From Octopus bimaculoides (taxonomy: Eukaryota), in contig NC_068989.1 in the NCBI RefSeq assembly GCF_001194135.2, positions 17,710,219-17,759,708 of the forward strand: a stretch of 49,490 bases of DNA, written 5' to 3'. How positions within the stretch are numbered: position 1 is the stretch's first letter; every line of letters begins with the position of its first letter. Below, piece after piece: positions 48,898-49,490 of the stretch. Made by a program: the position numbers and the translations under genes. The notes beneath the pieces were generated by a model. It had not been told where the DNA came from. It made no database searches and saw only the letters and a list, made by a program, of their open reading frames with translations.

Positions 48898-49098
48898 ATT
48901 TCTGGATGAGGCATTGAAAGACATTAAGGTCACTCGTTATCTTGAACCTTATTAGAAAAATCTATTTTGTAAGCACTATGTATATATATATACATGTTTT
49001 GTATTTGATGTATTTAATATATTTGATGTGTCTAATTTGTTTATCCGCATAATTGGCACCCTCTTCTCTCTCTCTCTCTCCCCCTATATATATATATG

Positions 49099-49174
<76 letters not shown>

Positions 49175-49382
49175 TGTATGTGTGTAAATATGTGTGTATA
49201 TACGTATGTATGTATACACATAAACATATATGTTTGGAAACTAAGAGAGAAAAATATCAAAGTCAAAGATACGACCGCACATGAGCTAGAATAAAAAAAC
49301 GCACACGAGCACGTGTATGTATGTGTATATGCATGCATTACATACATACACACACCTTATACTGACACACACACACGCACGC

Positions 49383-49438
<56 letters not shown>

Positions 49439-49490
49439 TCCGCTTTTTTAGCTGCTATTTTCTGAACTTCGGTATATGGTGAAGCAAATA

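Overview
AT-rich, microsatellite-saturated metazoan genomic DNA with many N gaps. The repeat content resembles an octopus-type cephalopod genome; that is an inference from recalled repeat types, not a search result. I see no confidently annotatable host gene, tRNA/rRNA gene or CRISPR array, and most ORF-track entries are microsatellite or N-gap artefacts. The window is mostly decayed mobile elements: RTE-, CR1- and R4/Dong-like LINE fragments, several mariner/Tc1 relics and MITEs, hAT-like MITEs, a long fold-back element and at least four tRNA-derived SINE families. Top candidate: a complete minimal type I hammerhead-ribozyme fold on the minus strand (29489-29525) with a non-canonical core, in a (TA)n-flanked, probably Penelope-type terminal remnant. 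Second: two R4/Dong-like lineages associated with different microsatellites, (TAA)n versus (TACA)n. Gap-adjacent palindromes and an exact duplication are flagged as probable assembly artefacts.
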